This document shows, piece by piece, positions 1 through 13,102 of a stretch of 55,184 nucleotides of DNA. Position 1 is the stretch's first letter, and every line of letters begins with the position of its first letter. A model generated the notes under the pieces. That model saw nothing but the letters and a program-made list of their open reading frames with translations, searched no databases and had not been told where the DNA came from. The DNA lies in contig NC_068981.1 in the NCBI RefSeq assembly GCF_001194135.2, positions 76,359,164 to 76,414,347 on the forward strand. The letters are read 5' to 3'. The position numbers and the translations under genes are program-made. Source of the DNA: Octopus bimaculoides (taxonomy: Eukaryota).

Positions 1-881
1 TTTGTCCTACGGGGGAAAATATTTTTAAAGAGAGAGAATTTTTTTTCAAACCAGAGCAAGAATTTACAAAATAACTTAGTTTATGCCGGCCCCCACCTCG
101 AAGAAATGCAGGTGGGGCAAGATTTGAAGAAAGAAACTGTTATTTGCAGTCACCTCCCATCACACAATATTATAGACATAGTAATAGAAATATTAGAAGC
201 AATATCAGAATCAACCACATCAGTAAAACCAAACGCAAGATGAAAATGAGCAATAGCAACAGAAATAATAAGAACAACAACAACTACTGCAGCACGTCAA
301 ACAAAGAAGCTCACAGATTTACTATCAGGAAAGAACTTTGGAGCTGCTACCATTATTGCAATAAAATGTATTGACAGCAACGAAATAAACTCAATAATAA
401 GCAGTGACGTAACAGCGACGATGAAAGTATCAACAACAGCTAGAACAGTAGCAACAGCAACACCATCACGAGCAATAACAACAGCAACAGGGTAAAAATA
501 TCACCAAGAGAATATAAACCAACGACACCAACAGTAGCTAAAACAGCAAGGCTTCTTTCTCAATAGAAAAAAGCGGACCAAACTAGAGAATGCCGCTCAA
601 TTTAGAAAATTTAAGAGAATGGAAAACCTAACTCCCTTATTTAAACTCAAAGCATCTACTGGAAAAATGTATCAGTTTCACCTTGTACAAAATCTTTCTT
701 CTTTTTTTACTCTACTTACGATATCGTAGGATCATCAATGAGCTACAGAATACATAAGAAGTATCGTTACTTGATACTCGTCGAGATTAATAGCTGGAAT
801 TCTTTTCAACGAATGATTTAGATTTACTACCTTATGACCATTTCCTATTAGCGTTTCAGATTAGAAATGTTTGACCAAATA

Positions 882-1084
882 CGAGAGTGTGCTGAAAGGT
901 TCCCGGATTTGGATAAAACAAAATAGAGGACGCCCTGTTAATTATGTTTTTATTAAATATATTCCCCTCTCAGATTCACACATTTATTGCAGCGATTCTT
1001 CAGATTTTATTAGCCCTGTAAAAGAACTCGGAAGTTTGGGTCTCTAGCCACCCTTAAAGCCAAAAACTTTTCAGCATCCTTTCG
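882..1084 (-). mobile_element. Mariner-derived MITE (deletion derivative, about 200 bp)
   Basis: TIRs cgagagtgtgctgaaaggttcccggattt and (rc) cgaaaggatgctgaaaagtttttggcttt, with TA at 880-881 and 1085-1086. The minus strand keeps a transposase C-terminal remnant, NLKNRCNKCVNLRGEYI*. Confidence 0.85.
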
Positions 1085-3766
1085 TACATTGAGATTGAAT
1101 TTCAACTTGTATAGATTAAATACGATTGAAACTTATTGGTGATCAAGACCTACGTATGTTTTAATATCGTCTTCAATTGACGATCGCTGTATTTCCGATG
1201 AACTCCGATCCATTACTAAACATAGCAACCTAAATTATAATTCAACCGTTTTAGACAATGTAGTGTAAAAAACAAATGTTTTTAAAATAACAGTAGCTAA
1301 AATATCTATAACAATCCAACGATATGTTTTGCTTTTTTTTTTCGTTTTTTTTTGAATGCACAAGAATTTTAAACAGAGTAACACTTGTTTTTTTTGCATA
1401 TGATTTATATTTACAAAACAAATCCACATTTACACACAAACACAGACGCACACCCACGCCCACACACGCACTCACAGAGACACAAACACACAAACAAACA
1501 CGCACGAAAAGAAGTTTCTATATATATTCGCACACTCAAATGTACATACANNNNNNNNNNNNNNNNNNNNNNNNNNNNNNNNNNNNNNNNNNNNNNNNNN
1601 NNNNNNNNNNNNNNNNNNNNNNNNNNNNNNNNNNNNNNNNNNNNNNNNNNNNNNNNNNNNNNNNNNNNNNNNNNNNNNNNNNNNNNNNNNNNNNNNNNNN
1701 NNNNNNNNNNNNNNNNNNNNNNNNNNNNNNNNNNNNNNNNNNNNNNNNNNNNNNNNNNNNNNNNNNNNNNNNNNNNNNNNNNNNNNNNNNNNNNNNNNNN
1801 NNNNNNNNNNNNNNNNNNNNNNNNNNNNNNNNNNNNNNNNNNNNNNNNNNNNNNNNNNNNNNNNNNNNNNNNNNNNNNNNNNNNNNNNNNNNNNNNNNNN
1901 NNNNNNNNNNNNNNNNNNNNNNNNNNNNNNNNNNNNNNNNNNNNNNNNNNNNNNNNNNNNNNNNNNNNNNNNNNNNNNNNNNNNNNNNNNNNNNNNNNNN
2001 NNNNNNNNNNNNNNNNNNNNNNNNNNNNNNNNNNNNNNNNNNNNNNNNNNNNNNNNNNNNNNNNNNNNNNNNNNNNNNNNNNNNNNNNNNNNNNNNNNNN
2101 NNNNNNNNNNNNNNNNNNNNNNNNNNNNNNNNNNNNNNNNNNNNNNNNNNNNNNNNNNNGTGTGTGTGTATTTATATACGTACATATATATATATATATA
2201 TGTACATTATATATATATATATATATATATGCATGTATGTGTGTGTGTGTTTATATGCTTGTGTATGTGTGCAATTCGGAATGTCGTTTTTGAAACTGAT
2301 AAATGTTGTAAACTACATTATGTTTTTTTTGTTCCTTCTTAATATTTATTGCATTTCTGTCGTCTCTGATAAGTATTCAACAAAAACAAGTTTTCTGAAT
2401 CTCACCAAAGAAAAACATGGCGGCAACGATACTGATATTGGCAATTCTTCTTATGTAATGCTAGTAATAGTAAAAATAGCAAGTGAAACAATGCTTGCTT
2501 GTAATTGTTGTGTATTGTTCGTACTACTGTTCATGTGTAAATAGAATAACTCGTTGGCTCTGTCTCACATGAATATTTAAGAAGACAGATAAGCAAATAT
2601 GCGGCAGAGTAGGAGAGTATCTTTGAAGTTAAAAATCTTGGGAACCGTGTACTTGAATGTATTGACTCTTTTATTTTTTTCTTGTTCCATTTCTTTCTGT
2701 TTGTTTTGTAGCTGTGAATGGAAGCTAGAAACATATAGCCACTATGGTTTTTGTCTAACTCTTTTACTCGTTCTTGCCAGTCATTATACAATTATGTCAA
2801 GCATAAAAAATATAGCGAGTACGAATGAAAATGTGTGATGTTTATGCGTTTTCTAACAGTGGTAATAACATAAATAAAATTAAAAGCAACGTGTGTCGTG
2901 TTATGTGCGTCGTGTTTACAGCTCTTAGATATAGAAATTAAAAAAAAAAACTGCTTTAATATTTTAAGCTGAAATTTTAAGCTGAAATTGCTGAGATAAA
3001 TGATTATGAAAGAAATGTATAGTATTTACACACTGTCGTTTCATATGAAGCATAATATCTGCTTAAGATATCAATATACGTATATGATGTGATACATGTT
3101 TACCGGGCATTTTCTTTGATTGTTAGTCAAAGTGTAACCGGTTCGGGAAAGCAGTAAAATCGATTAAATATAAAGATGAAAGTAATGTTGGGAAAAATTT
3201 ATCGGCTGCAAAGTTGTGCTATCAGAATCGAATTTGTATCAAGACCTACATACTGTGTCCTTTTATATACATATCTAAGGGATAGTTAGTTACTATTTCT
3301 TGAATGTTAGACCATCAGGTTGAGAAACATTTCTTGGTTTGAATAAAATATGGTGGATTCTTAATCCATCCAGTTCATATATACGGCATCCTACACTTTC
3401 AAATAATACAAATTAATTAACTTCATTTGAAATGTGAATTATCATGGCAAAACCCATATTTATGTTTACTATCTGGGAGCCAAGGTAGCTACGCCACTAT
3501 AAATAGCAGATGTATTCAAACATGAAGTGCACTACATACATATGATCCTAGAATATAAGAACATGCGATCTCTATGTATGCATATATAGCATGCTTATTG
3601 AATACTTTCCGCACATGCAGAGACACTCATATATTTACGTCACCTGCACATGCAGAGAAATATGTATATATTAATATAATGATATACAATATGCATGTAT
3701 GCATATGTACTTATGTACATATATATGTGTGTGCTTGTGTGTGTGCATGTATATATACACACATGG

Positions 3767-3797
<31 letters not shown>

Positions 3798-5044
3798 TAT
3801 ACACATACATATATATATATATATATATAATTACTGAATTATACATAAACACTTTATGTAAGTANNNNNNNNNNTAAGTACATGTTCGCACACACACACA
3901 CACAACACACACACACAACACACACACACAACACACACACACTGAGGAACGTGTGTGTGTGTGTGTGTGTGTGCATGTGCGTGTGTGTGTGTGCGTGTAT
4001 ACAATATCGCTTATATCTTGATGGGATATCGAGGAAAATATAAAGATTGGCGTCAAATTTGTTTGATAACGATATGCAGCACAAGAATTATAAATGCCGT
4101 TGATACGAACGAAGTAGAACATTAGTCTGATCATTGATTGCTGCCAGAATTCTTTGCTTGGTGGCAAGTTATTGAACTAAACATAGAGCGAATACATTCC
4201 ACTAGTGAGTGGTTTTACGTAGTAAAATAATGGAATTTAAATGCTAAGAGATCCTATACTAACTGCAGTATATACGGGATGGACAGTTTTGTGTTAGCTG
4301 TAACCATTAGACAAGTATAATGGATCACTTTCTTGTCTTTGTATTTTATGCCCCTTTAAGAGTTTGTCCCGTACATAGCACTCATGTGTACATTTCACAA
4401 CTGTGATATTCATGTTTTCGTATTGCGTACCATTGCAATACGGACAACACACACACACACACCCACACACACACACACACACACTCACGTATCACACTCA
4501 TACACATGTGCGCTTGTTCATGTCTATGTGTAGGTGGATGAGTGAGCAGGTGTGTACAGAGGAATTTTAAGCAACGAAAGTGACGATATCTTGACGTACA
4601 AATTAATTAAAACACGCTTACTTTTAAACATGAAAATATACCAGGAAAAAGTATAATATATATATATATATATGCAAGTATAAGCATAATTATTCGTATC
4701 AAGCTTGAGATTTTCATATACTATTTTTGTATCTTAGACACACAGCAACTAGTATATAAAAATATTCTTACACACATTTAATAGTATCACAGTATCACGG
4801 TGTTACGTGTTTTTCGTAAAAGTAACGAAATATAAGAAGCGGAACAAGTAAATATAAGTGGAATATATATATATACATAACCGTAGTGTCACTTACAGAA
4901 TGAATTTAAATGAATTAATTTTATAAAGTGATATACTATATACTTTGTTAAGAAGAAAAGAAGTAAGCAGAATATTGCTATGTACACATATAACACGTTA
5001 ATACATTAAAATAAAATGTGTTATCATAAAGGTCTCCCGCCTCA

Positions 5045-5118
<74 letters not shown>

Positions 5119-6077
5119 CCCTCTCTCTCCCCACAGTTAATTCTTTATGTAATACGACACTTAGTCATTTCAAAGACCAGAGTCTCACACAGATATTTAT
5201 ATTTTAAATAGTGAATGTCTACATTTTGTGGTTTCCAACACGTTTACAGCTTTAGGTGCATATGTTAATTACATACTTCACAAGACATCGAGACCTATCG
5301 TAACCATTTTATCGATAGACTTCATATGCATATGCATTCACAAACCAGATGTGTAATGGGATATGAACATTACCTTCTTTAGTATAAATTCAGGAAACAT
5401 CCTGCAGTTGTGACGTAAAACTCAAATCTAAATCAGAGACAGCACATATATCCAATAGCATAAGACATCAGTGTAGTAGTACCTTATCATACCAACTCCT
5501 GATATAACCACCACAAAACTGAACCGACACATTTTTACTAATGTCACTCAATTTCAAAGCGCACTCTTATAATATGAAATCAGTTAATATGCGATACGCC
5601 CAATGGTTTCCTTCAGATTCAGAAATTAAATTCGACTGTCATTAGTTGTTGCTTTTCTAAAACACTATCTGTACACATTGTAATACTAGTACTAACATAC
5701 ACAAATGGGACCCTGCTACCGACACACATATACTAAATCAAATCCCAAAGAAGATCATGTGATACATTGGTAACTATCAACCAGCACTCTAGTTTAGTAA
5801 CGATATCTAAGGGTGTAATATTACACTTGCTTAAATAATTTACTAAGCAGTAATAAAAAGTAACTATGACCTCATAGTAAAGCCACTTGGACACCCTACG
5901 AATATAACTCGTATTGATATCCATCTTTGATAGAGGTACAAATACTAAGTACAACATACACACACTCCTCACGTTCTCACGCTCTAGCTTTTTCTCTCTG
6001 TATCTATATGCATAAATACATATATAGATATGTGTCTGTATTATGTCACATGTAATATGATATTATGTATATATAGA

Positions 6078-6215
6078 CTGAGTTTAAATCCCGTGGAAAT
6101 CCACATTAACTTTCTTATTTTTTGGTCGATAAAATAAGTACTAGTTGAGCACTCGAGTAGTTGTAATCGAATTAGTCCCTCCCACAAAATTGCTAGACTT
6201 GTACCAAAATTTTTA
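6078..6215 (+). mobile_element. SINE family A, decayed partial copy
   Basis: ggtcgataaaataagtactagttgagcactcgagtagttgtaatcga...aaattgctagacttgtaccaaaattt, homologous to the other family-A copies. Confidence 0.65.
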
Positions 6216-6400
6216 AATTATATTAAATATATATGTGTGTGTGTGTGTGTATAATACACATATATACACCGATATATACATTTACATACATATATATGTA
6301 TGTGTGTGTATGTGCGCCATGCATATATATACATATACATACATACAAATATATATATGTACGTATTTTTTTTCTTATAGTTTCAGCTTAGAGCAGCGGT

Positions 6401-6431
<31 letters not shown>

Positions 6432-7098
6432 CCATGTATCTGTCAATGTCTCTCACATCCGCACATGGGTGTAAGTTAGTTATGTCTACATCGAGAATTA
6501 TACTGTAAAAATGCATTATCCAATATTCTGTATGTATTTCACCAAGATTAAAGGAAATACTTCTGAAGATAGAACGCGCATTGATTTACTATTTTCAAAA
6601 AAAAAAAAATTAGTGTGATTATTTTTCATTCTTTTATTTTCTGATTTAGATTACATTTCTCATTGTATTTTGCTGCAGGGTACATCTTACAAGATGGGTG
6701 AAACCGTCCTTGCTTCAGTATAAAATGCGACGAACGTTGAAATTATTGAACTGATATGATATTAGAAGCACAGCTGGTTTTACCCACAGCTTTGCTGATA
6801 TCAAAGCGTTTGAAGAGAACATTAAAAGAACGAGAAAATTCAATATCTCAATACGTTTATATATAAATATATATGGATATATATATATTTCAACTCACAC
6901 TTATACACACGCGCTCTCACACACCCATACACACGCGCACGCACACACACAAGCTTTGACATGTATGTAGATATACTTAATTATGTAATGTATATCATAT
7001 ATTTACTACACTATTACAAATATATGTATATATACATGCATATATACATACACATATATATATATTTACATACATATGCATATATGTATATGTGCGTA

Positions 7099-7137
<39 letters not shown>

Positions 7138-7239
7138 GTGTGTGTATATATGTATATATATATATATACTTATATATAAACCCACTTATGTATGTCTATA
7201 CATACATGCATACATTTACATATGTATATATATATATAT

Positions 7240-7277
<38 letters not shown>

Positions 7278-7278
7278 C

Positions 7279-7313
<35 letters not shown>

Positions 7314-7389
7314 CACACACATATATACATACATACATATATATGCATATATATATATATATATATATATATNNNNNNNNNNCAAAATA

Positions 7390-8656
7390 TCAGGTCATCC
7401 CATAAATTCTGTCCAATTTTTCCTTTTTAAAATTGAATGAAATTTAATAGTATTTTAGAATGTCTAATGGAATTTAAAATTATTTTTATGTATTTGTGTA
7501 CATTTAAACTAATTAAATATTATTTTACATAATAATAGAATTAAAATTTCTTTGATTAAAGCCCTATCTAACATGGAAGTATCCAAAGAGCATTTGAGGC
7601 ACATAATTCTTTATGAGTACCAAAAACGAAACTCTGCCGCGGCAGCAATTAGAAATATGGGAAAGAATGCTTGATTGAAAGAACTTGCAGCAGATGGTTT
7701 GCAAAATTCAGAAATGGAGATTTCAGTTTTGAAGATGTGGATCGAACAGGACGTCCAGTTAAGTTTTATGATAAGCTCCTTGAGGAGTTACTTGAAGAAA
7801 ATCCTACGTTATCAGTTGAACAACTGGCAATAAAGCTTAGTTCAAACTGTTCATCGTCATCTTCAACAATTTAGAAAGTTTCCTGAACTTGGAAAATGGG
7901 TGCCTAATGAATTGTTCGAAAGCAACCGCAAATCCCGACTTAAAATCTGCTCGTCTCTCCATTCTCGCGAACTCATTTCACCCTTTTTGCATAGACTTGT
8001 GACTGGTGACGAAAAATGGATCTTCTAACGAAATGTTAAACGTCGTAAACAGTGGCCTGGTAAAAGGGAAAAAGCTCAACCACAACCGGGAAGAGAATTT
8101 CATGGGAAAAAGTTTCTTCTCTCTATCTAGTGGGATTGCAAAGTAGTAATTCACTTTGAATTGTTACCACCTAATGCAACAATCAATGCTCACGTCTAAT
8201 GTCAGCAATTAGAGCGTTTGAACTAAGCTTTGAAGAAAAAAAAGACACGCTTTAGTGAACCGAAAGGAGTGATGTTTCATCAGGACAATGTGCGACCCCC
8301 ACACTACAAAGATCACATCACAGAAGATTGAAGAGCTTGGTTAGGAAAAAAATTCCTCATGCACCTTATTCTCCCGACCTTGCTCCTTCAGACTACCATT
8401 CATTTCGTAGTTTACAGAAAATTTGGAGGACATAACTTTTGCAAGCCAAGAGGAGGTCAAAACTGACATTTCAGAGTTCTTCGTTTTGAATCGAAAATAG
8501 TTTTACATTGATGGGATTAAAAAGCTTGTAAATAGATGGAAGGAAGTCATAGATAATCAGGGAAAGTACATTGATGATTAAATTTCAATTAAATATAACA
8601 TTTGATCACGTGTTTTCTTTATTTAACATTCTGACAGAACTTATGGAATGACCTGA
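7390..8656 (+). mobile_element. Full-length inactive mariner (Tc1/mariner, DD34D type), about 1267 bp
   Basis: Left TIR tcaggtcatcccataaattctgtc; the right TIR reverse-complements to tcaggtcattccataagttctgtc. TA flanks lie at 7388-7389 and 8657-8658. Confidence 0.95.
7573..8581 (+). pseudogene. Mariner transposase pseudogene with several stops and frameshifts
   Basis: Starts MEVSKEHLRHIILYEY. Contains RWFAKFRNGDFSFED..RTGRP, WVPNEL (7897), VTGDEKW (D at 8008), HQDN (D at 8284) and YSPDLAPSDY (8367-8396). Ends RWKEVIDNQGKYIDD*. Confidence 0.93.
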
Positions 8657-9608
8657 TATATTGCCGTGTATACAAGCATAATGTCCTACGCACGCAAGCA
8701 CACATGTACACATATACGTGCAACATATGCATGCATATATGGATATATATATATATACATATGTGTATGCGTATTTATGTATGAGAGCGAATGATAGATA
8801 GAAAGGTAGATAACAGTTGTATGTGGTTATCCTGTTTTTACAGGGGATATCGGTGAAATTGATTAATCTGGAAGTAGAAACCGTGTCAGTTTTACTACGT
8901 GGTGGAGATTTATCTACCATATTATGTGTGCATAAATGATGTAAACGAAAGAAAATATTGGAGAATAAGAACAATGATAACAAAAACAAGAACAACAATA
9001 ATGATATGGATGATGATGACGATGATGATGATGAAGACGACGACGACAACGACAATTTATGTAGCATAAGGAATGAAGTAAATATCATGAAAACGATATG
9101 TCTTAAAAACCTACCGCATATCTGAAAAAAAAAAATGGATTTTCGTTGCTATATTTCGACTTGAAGAACAAAATCTCCATAAAGTTGACGATGGAAAGTG
9201 TCCCCAAAGGACAATCAGACCCCGATGTATCTGCAGACTGAGACCTCCTCGGTGATAAACATCACTATTTTCTTTGGAGGCAGACGGAAAAATCGTTTCT
9301 GTCTAAAGAGACATGCAAACATTATTTTCAGATGCGTACTAAGGCCTGCAAAGTTGAAATCCAAAAGCAATTATAAAAGGGTATACTTTACGAAAGAACC
9401 TGAAAACATTTAGCATATCCTGTCCACATACATGTATTTATTTTCTCATATATTCACAGAAAAAAAAAGCCTGCGTACCGGTGCGTACACTCCCGCATAT
9501 CTTGCTCTGGCTGGTTGGGAACCAAATCGCGCAACACTTCGCCCAGGGATTCCTTTCTTCTCAGTTTTGAAGGCAGATTGAACGTCTCACCACATTTTGA
9601 CTGAGAGA

Positions 9609-9641
9609 ATGGTCGATATCCTCCTCGTTCTTTGTTCAATA
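9609..9641 (+). CDS. Possible start-codon segment (MVDILLVLCSI) of the CUB gene, within an exon that may start at 9460
   Basis: Acceptor-like ttttctcatatattcacag| ends at 9459. The ATG is followed by a short hydrophobic run, then donor-like ATA|gtatgt. Sequence signals only. Confidence 0.25.
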
Positions 9642-9904
9642 GTATGTTCTGACAAGGACGGAAAATTATTTCGTGATAGACATAAACAATACTCTTTTTC
9701 ATGTGGTTACTCCATGGATTGATCGAATTCGAAGGCTAATCTCCGAAAACATTGTCAATTTTTTTGTTTTTAATATTTTCTTTTTTTTTAATGGCTATTC
9801 TCCGTGTTTTGCCAATTCCTTGTATCACCACCACTGTTGTTTCCATCGACATTATCGTCGATGACGGCAAGATAAAGAAGGAATAGGAAGAGGAGGAGCT
9901 GAGA

Positions 9905-10011
9905 TGGAAGAAGAAGAAGAAGAAGAAGAAGAAGAAGAAGAAGAAGAAGAAGAAGAAGAAGAAGAAGAAGAAGAAGAAGAAGAAGAAGAAGAAGAAGAAG
10001 AAGAAGAAGAA

Positions 10012-10048
<37 letters not shown>
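9905..10048. repeat. Compound trinucleotide microsatellite (GAA)n(GAT)n
   Basis: A long pure GAA run followed directly by a GAT run. It is the source of the poly-F/L/S/H ORFs in the track. Confidence 0.98.
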
Positions 10049-10053
<5 letters not shown>

Positions 10054-10812
10054 ATACAAGAAATATACAATTAAAGAGACGGAATTTGAATATAGTAGAT
10101 TGAAGAGATTTTAGAACGATTAAATATATAATTAGCTGCAATGCAGTCATGTATATATGTTGCAGATGCGAAGATGTGACCGCGTGTGAAATATAGTCTT
10201 ATTGCATGAAGATTAATCTACGCTATATGTCTATGGCTTTCCCTTAGTGATGGTGTGTCCGTTTGTGCATCTATGAATCTATGGTAAGCCTGTGATTCAA
10301 CTCGTTTATGCGTGTGTTTGAAGGGTATATGTGAATGAATTTATGTCCGTTAAGAAGTCTATAATGAAAGACACTGCATTAGTAAAATCCAAATTATTAA
10401 TAGGAATGTCAATGGTTACCTCTCACCGTTGATTATGTATATACGAATATCAATTGCGTATCATTACCACTCAATTTTCCATTGAAGCTTATCCGGTTTC
10501 AACAATCACGAGAATTTTGATTCCTAATGAAGAATCTAATAAATGCATTAAATTCTACATCAAATATCCCGGGAAAGATAATTAGGAACTATAACGCGTT
10601 GTCCTTTTCCTCCATTGCGTTTTAATTAAGGATAAATATATGCAACTATTAATCAAAATCAGATAGATATTTCACTTTGCAAAGCGCCAGGTATTTTCAC
10701 CACCACTCACAATTTTGTAGACGTTTAGAATATCTCTGTACAGTGATGCAATTTGACAAATATCTCACTGATTTACTGTGATATATTTTTATTCTCTGGT
10801 GTGTGTTTTTAG

Positions 10813-10926
10813 GCCAGAAGAGCAGAGGAGCTCTACGTGACTCTTCGAACTTGTATTACTAGCGGCAACGTCACTTACAAATCGTACCCCACCGTTGTAA
10901 AGATATTGGACTATGTAATCATAGGT
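10813..10926 (+). CDS. Possible phase 0 to 0 exon (ARRAEELYVTLRTCITSGNVTYKSYPTVVKILDYVIIG)
   Basis: tttttag|GCC and GGT|gtaaga bound 114 nt that is open in the frame joining 11625. The peptide does not fit the expected N-terminal third of a CUB domain (no CxWxI), so this is doubtful. Confidence 0.2.
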
Positions 10927-11624
10927 GTAAGAAAAGATTGATGTCATACTGGTTTCCTCTATTCCTTAGATTTCTAATCTGAGTATAAATAATATCCATA
11001 ACAACAACAGTGATTAAATAGGTTGTGTCATCAATAAGGTTGTCTCTACGATAAATGAGTTATCACTGTCTGTTTTCAGGTAAGCAGAAAATAAATGAAA
11101 GCAATGTCAATATGTTAATTTTTTCGCGAGAAACAATATCACATTAATCAGCTACATATTTCTGATTTCCATAAATTAAATTTTTAAGGGTAACCTGCTT
11201 CTCCTTGTAAGTATAAATCTAATTTATATTTTCTCAGACAATCGTGCATAATGTTCAGATAGGAAATATAATGTAACGATTATCATTGAACAGAATACGA
11301 AATTTCAAAGCTCTATGGATAATATTGGCAAAATATCATTTTCCTTTAACAGCAGATCGACACTGACTAAAAAATTACGGAAAAAGGTGTATAGTTATGG
11401 CCACTGTAATCTCTCTTCGTTGTTGTGTATCCAAGACTGCAGTATACAGTATACGTCTGTCCAAAGTTTGTGTATAATTTAAAGGATATTTAGCTGCTTT
11501 TTGTAGTAGTTTGATTGATTACATAGTAGGGAATTTATAGTTGGTACTTGTTGGAGATGTTGGTATGTATACCGTGATTGACTGCAGATTCGTTTTCAAT
11601 TCATTTATTTCATATTATTTTCAG

Positions 11625-11856
11625 GTCGTCCGCCTTTGGTTTACCCATTTCGATCTTGGTTACCCAGTTGGAGATCCTTGTAGTTCACGGAACGATCGGC
11701 TCTTACTTCAAGAACGAGTACCAGGCAATGGGCTGGAAACATTCTGTGCAGGTGCGCACACTAAGGAGATTATAACAAAGACAAACAATGTGAGTTTGGT
11801 TTTTATAACAGATGCCAACCATGACGCTCCAGGATTCAGAATATTTTACAATGCCG
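11625..11856 (+). CDS. Internal exon (232 nt, phase 0 to 1) encoding the C-terminal two-thirds of a CUB domain
   Basis: Acceptor catattattttcag|GTC and donor GCCG|gtaagt. It translates VVRLWFTHFDLGYPVGDPCSSRNDRLLLQERVPGNGLETFCAGAHTKEIITKTNNVSLVFITDANHDAPGFRIFYNA, matching the CUB pattern VxLxF..FDL...C..D...FC...N.v.lvF.tD....GF...Y. Its phase-1 end joins the 24695 exon to give GAG (E). Confidence 0.9.
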
Positions 11857-12832
11857 GTAAGTAATGTGAAGGTGCACTATTTTTGTTACCTCATTGAAGT
11901 GAATTTATATCAAAGTATATCAATTGCAATCATACGTCTTTGGGGAAGATAATAGAGTTTGTGTGTATTATGTTTGAAGATGATACAGTATAATTAAAAA
12001 AATGTAATAGACTACTATTTCTAGCAGTGCATGTAATCATTTAGACGCTCTTAATTTACCTCAGTATGTATGTATGTATTAATATGCAGGGCTTTCTACT
12101 ATTTTTGTAATTGCTTTCTGCTCATCAACCTTCAATATTACTCATTCATGTTATTCGGACTCTATATGCCTTCTAGTTTTATGCTTCCAACAAACTTAAA
12201 TATAAATCGAATCGATGACCTACGCCCAACATCACCTAGGACAGGTTTGAACGTATCGCTGTTAACAACTTTAACAACAGAAGAAAGTTGAAATCATAAA
12301 GTAACTGTTTAACATCATGTAACAACTTTGAGAATTACATTTCAAATATCCTTAACTTTGGAACGAAAATGATGATAAATCGATAAAGAAAATTGCGTAT
12401 TCATTAAAAAGCAGAGGAAAGAGGAATTTTAGCAACAGCGCATTTTCTTGGGTGCACCGTTTGTAGTACATATTATCCTGCCATAAACTTGTATGGGTAT
12501 TTTGAATTGAGCAGATGATTTCCGGAAGTATTGTTAAGTAACAATGAAATCAGTCCTGTCGCTACTCATCCCAATGTGCCAAAACAGGAATTCTTGGGGG
12601 TGTATTTCATAGCGAGACTGCATATGGACTATTCAATAGCCACTTTTCTGCTGGATCTGTAGTATGGTAGTTCTTTCATTATAGAAGGAATTTACNNNNN
12701 NNNNNGAGACTGCATATGGACTATTCAATAGCCACTTTTCTGCTGGATCTGTAGTATGGTAGTTCTTTCATTATAGAAGGAATTTACGATGACAATGACA
12801 TGTAACAATTTCGTCATTAAGATATTGATGAA

Positions 12833-12878
<46 letters not shown>

Positions 12879-13061
12879 CCGATGACGACAACGAAAACGA
12901 TGACAACAGCAACAACTATAACTAACCTTATTGTCCCTCATCACAGCTTGACAACCGGTGTTGGCGTGTTTACGTCCACGGAACTTAGCGGTTCGGCCAA
13001 TGTCCGATGTCCGAAATAAGTAAGAGATAAGATACATACATACATATGCATATGTGTGTAT

Positions 13062-13102
<41 letters not shown>

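Noticed and set aside
2417-2458. aaaaacATGG followed by MAATILILAILLM*, resembling a signal peptide
   Set aside because: It sits in decayed AAC/AGC/AAT low-complexity sequence. The possible AT|gtaatg donor is phase 2, and I found no credible partner exon.
2711-2760. Strong acceptor followed by CEWKLETYSHY, with CUB-like CxWxI spacing
   Set aside because: Joining to 11625 needs a phase-0 donor after TAT, but the sequence there is GG. The nearest GT is phase 1 and weak, so this is probably chance.
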